A stretch of 64,000 nt of DNA, from assembly GCA_040954595.2 (NCBI GenBank), contig CM082593.2, positions 9,247,200-9,311,199 of the forward strand, written 5' to 3'. Numbering within the stretch: position 1 is the first letter of the stretch; each line of letters opens with the position of its first letter. A model generated the notes under the pieces. That model worked only from the letters and a program-made list of their open reading frames with translations. It searched no databases and was not told the origin of the DNA. Shown in pieces: positions 63,683-64,000 of the stretch. Source of the stretch: Balanoglossus misakiensis. Its lineage: Eukaryota; Animalia; Hemichordata. A program made the position numbers and the translations under genes.

Positions 63683-64000
63683 AACAGTATAGAAAACATT
63701 TTCCAATTTCCGAAAAACCTCTTTTTTACATAATTACTGCTGAAAAAGTTAGAAATTTATGAAAATATTCCCCATTCTTTGCCAATTTCTAATTAAAAAA
63801 TTACATAATGGTATTCTTAGTCTCCCTCCTGCAGCTGTACAGCAGGAAAAATGCATTTTGTCATATTTTGGCTTTAAACTAAAATTAAAATTTATCTGTG
63901 AAATAACTGAGTCTCCTTCAAAGCCACGTACATGACAGTCCTTTTGATTTTTTTCTAATGAAATTTTGTCTCCATGTTTATCATGAGTAATATTTCTATT

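Overview
This is eukaryotic (animal-type) repeat-dense DNA with spliceosomal introns and no recognisable host housekeeping gene. From left to right: (1) the 5' part of an apparently intact Ty3/Gypsy LTR retrotransposon on the minus strand (1031-bp LTR, tRNA-Ser PBS, gag, TTTAAAC -1 frameshift into pol), inserted into (2) a ~29.5-kb satellite array of 175-194-bp monomers with a 753-bp higher-order unit, a 12.6-13.2-kb internal duplication carrying a TTAA-type MITE, and a 2.8-kb TA-flanked TIR element; (3) a divergent, intron-containing Zator-like transposase head-to-head with a spliced SAM-domain gene; (4) a dead Crypton tyrosine recombinase interrupted by a 9-bp-TSD MITE; (5) an internally deleted Zator element with TIRs and TTA TSD; (6) a decayed Academ-like transposase split by an intact 5.1-kb ISL2EU-type element (THAP-DDE transposase plus SWIM-YqaJ nuclease) whose long TIRs appear to hold the promoter and first exon of both genes; (7) MITEs, hairpins, a HIRAN-like fragment, LINE fragments and a scrambled second Gypsy family with reciprocal RT/integrase junctions. 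All family assignments come from motifs read by eye, not from database searches.
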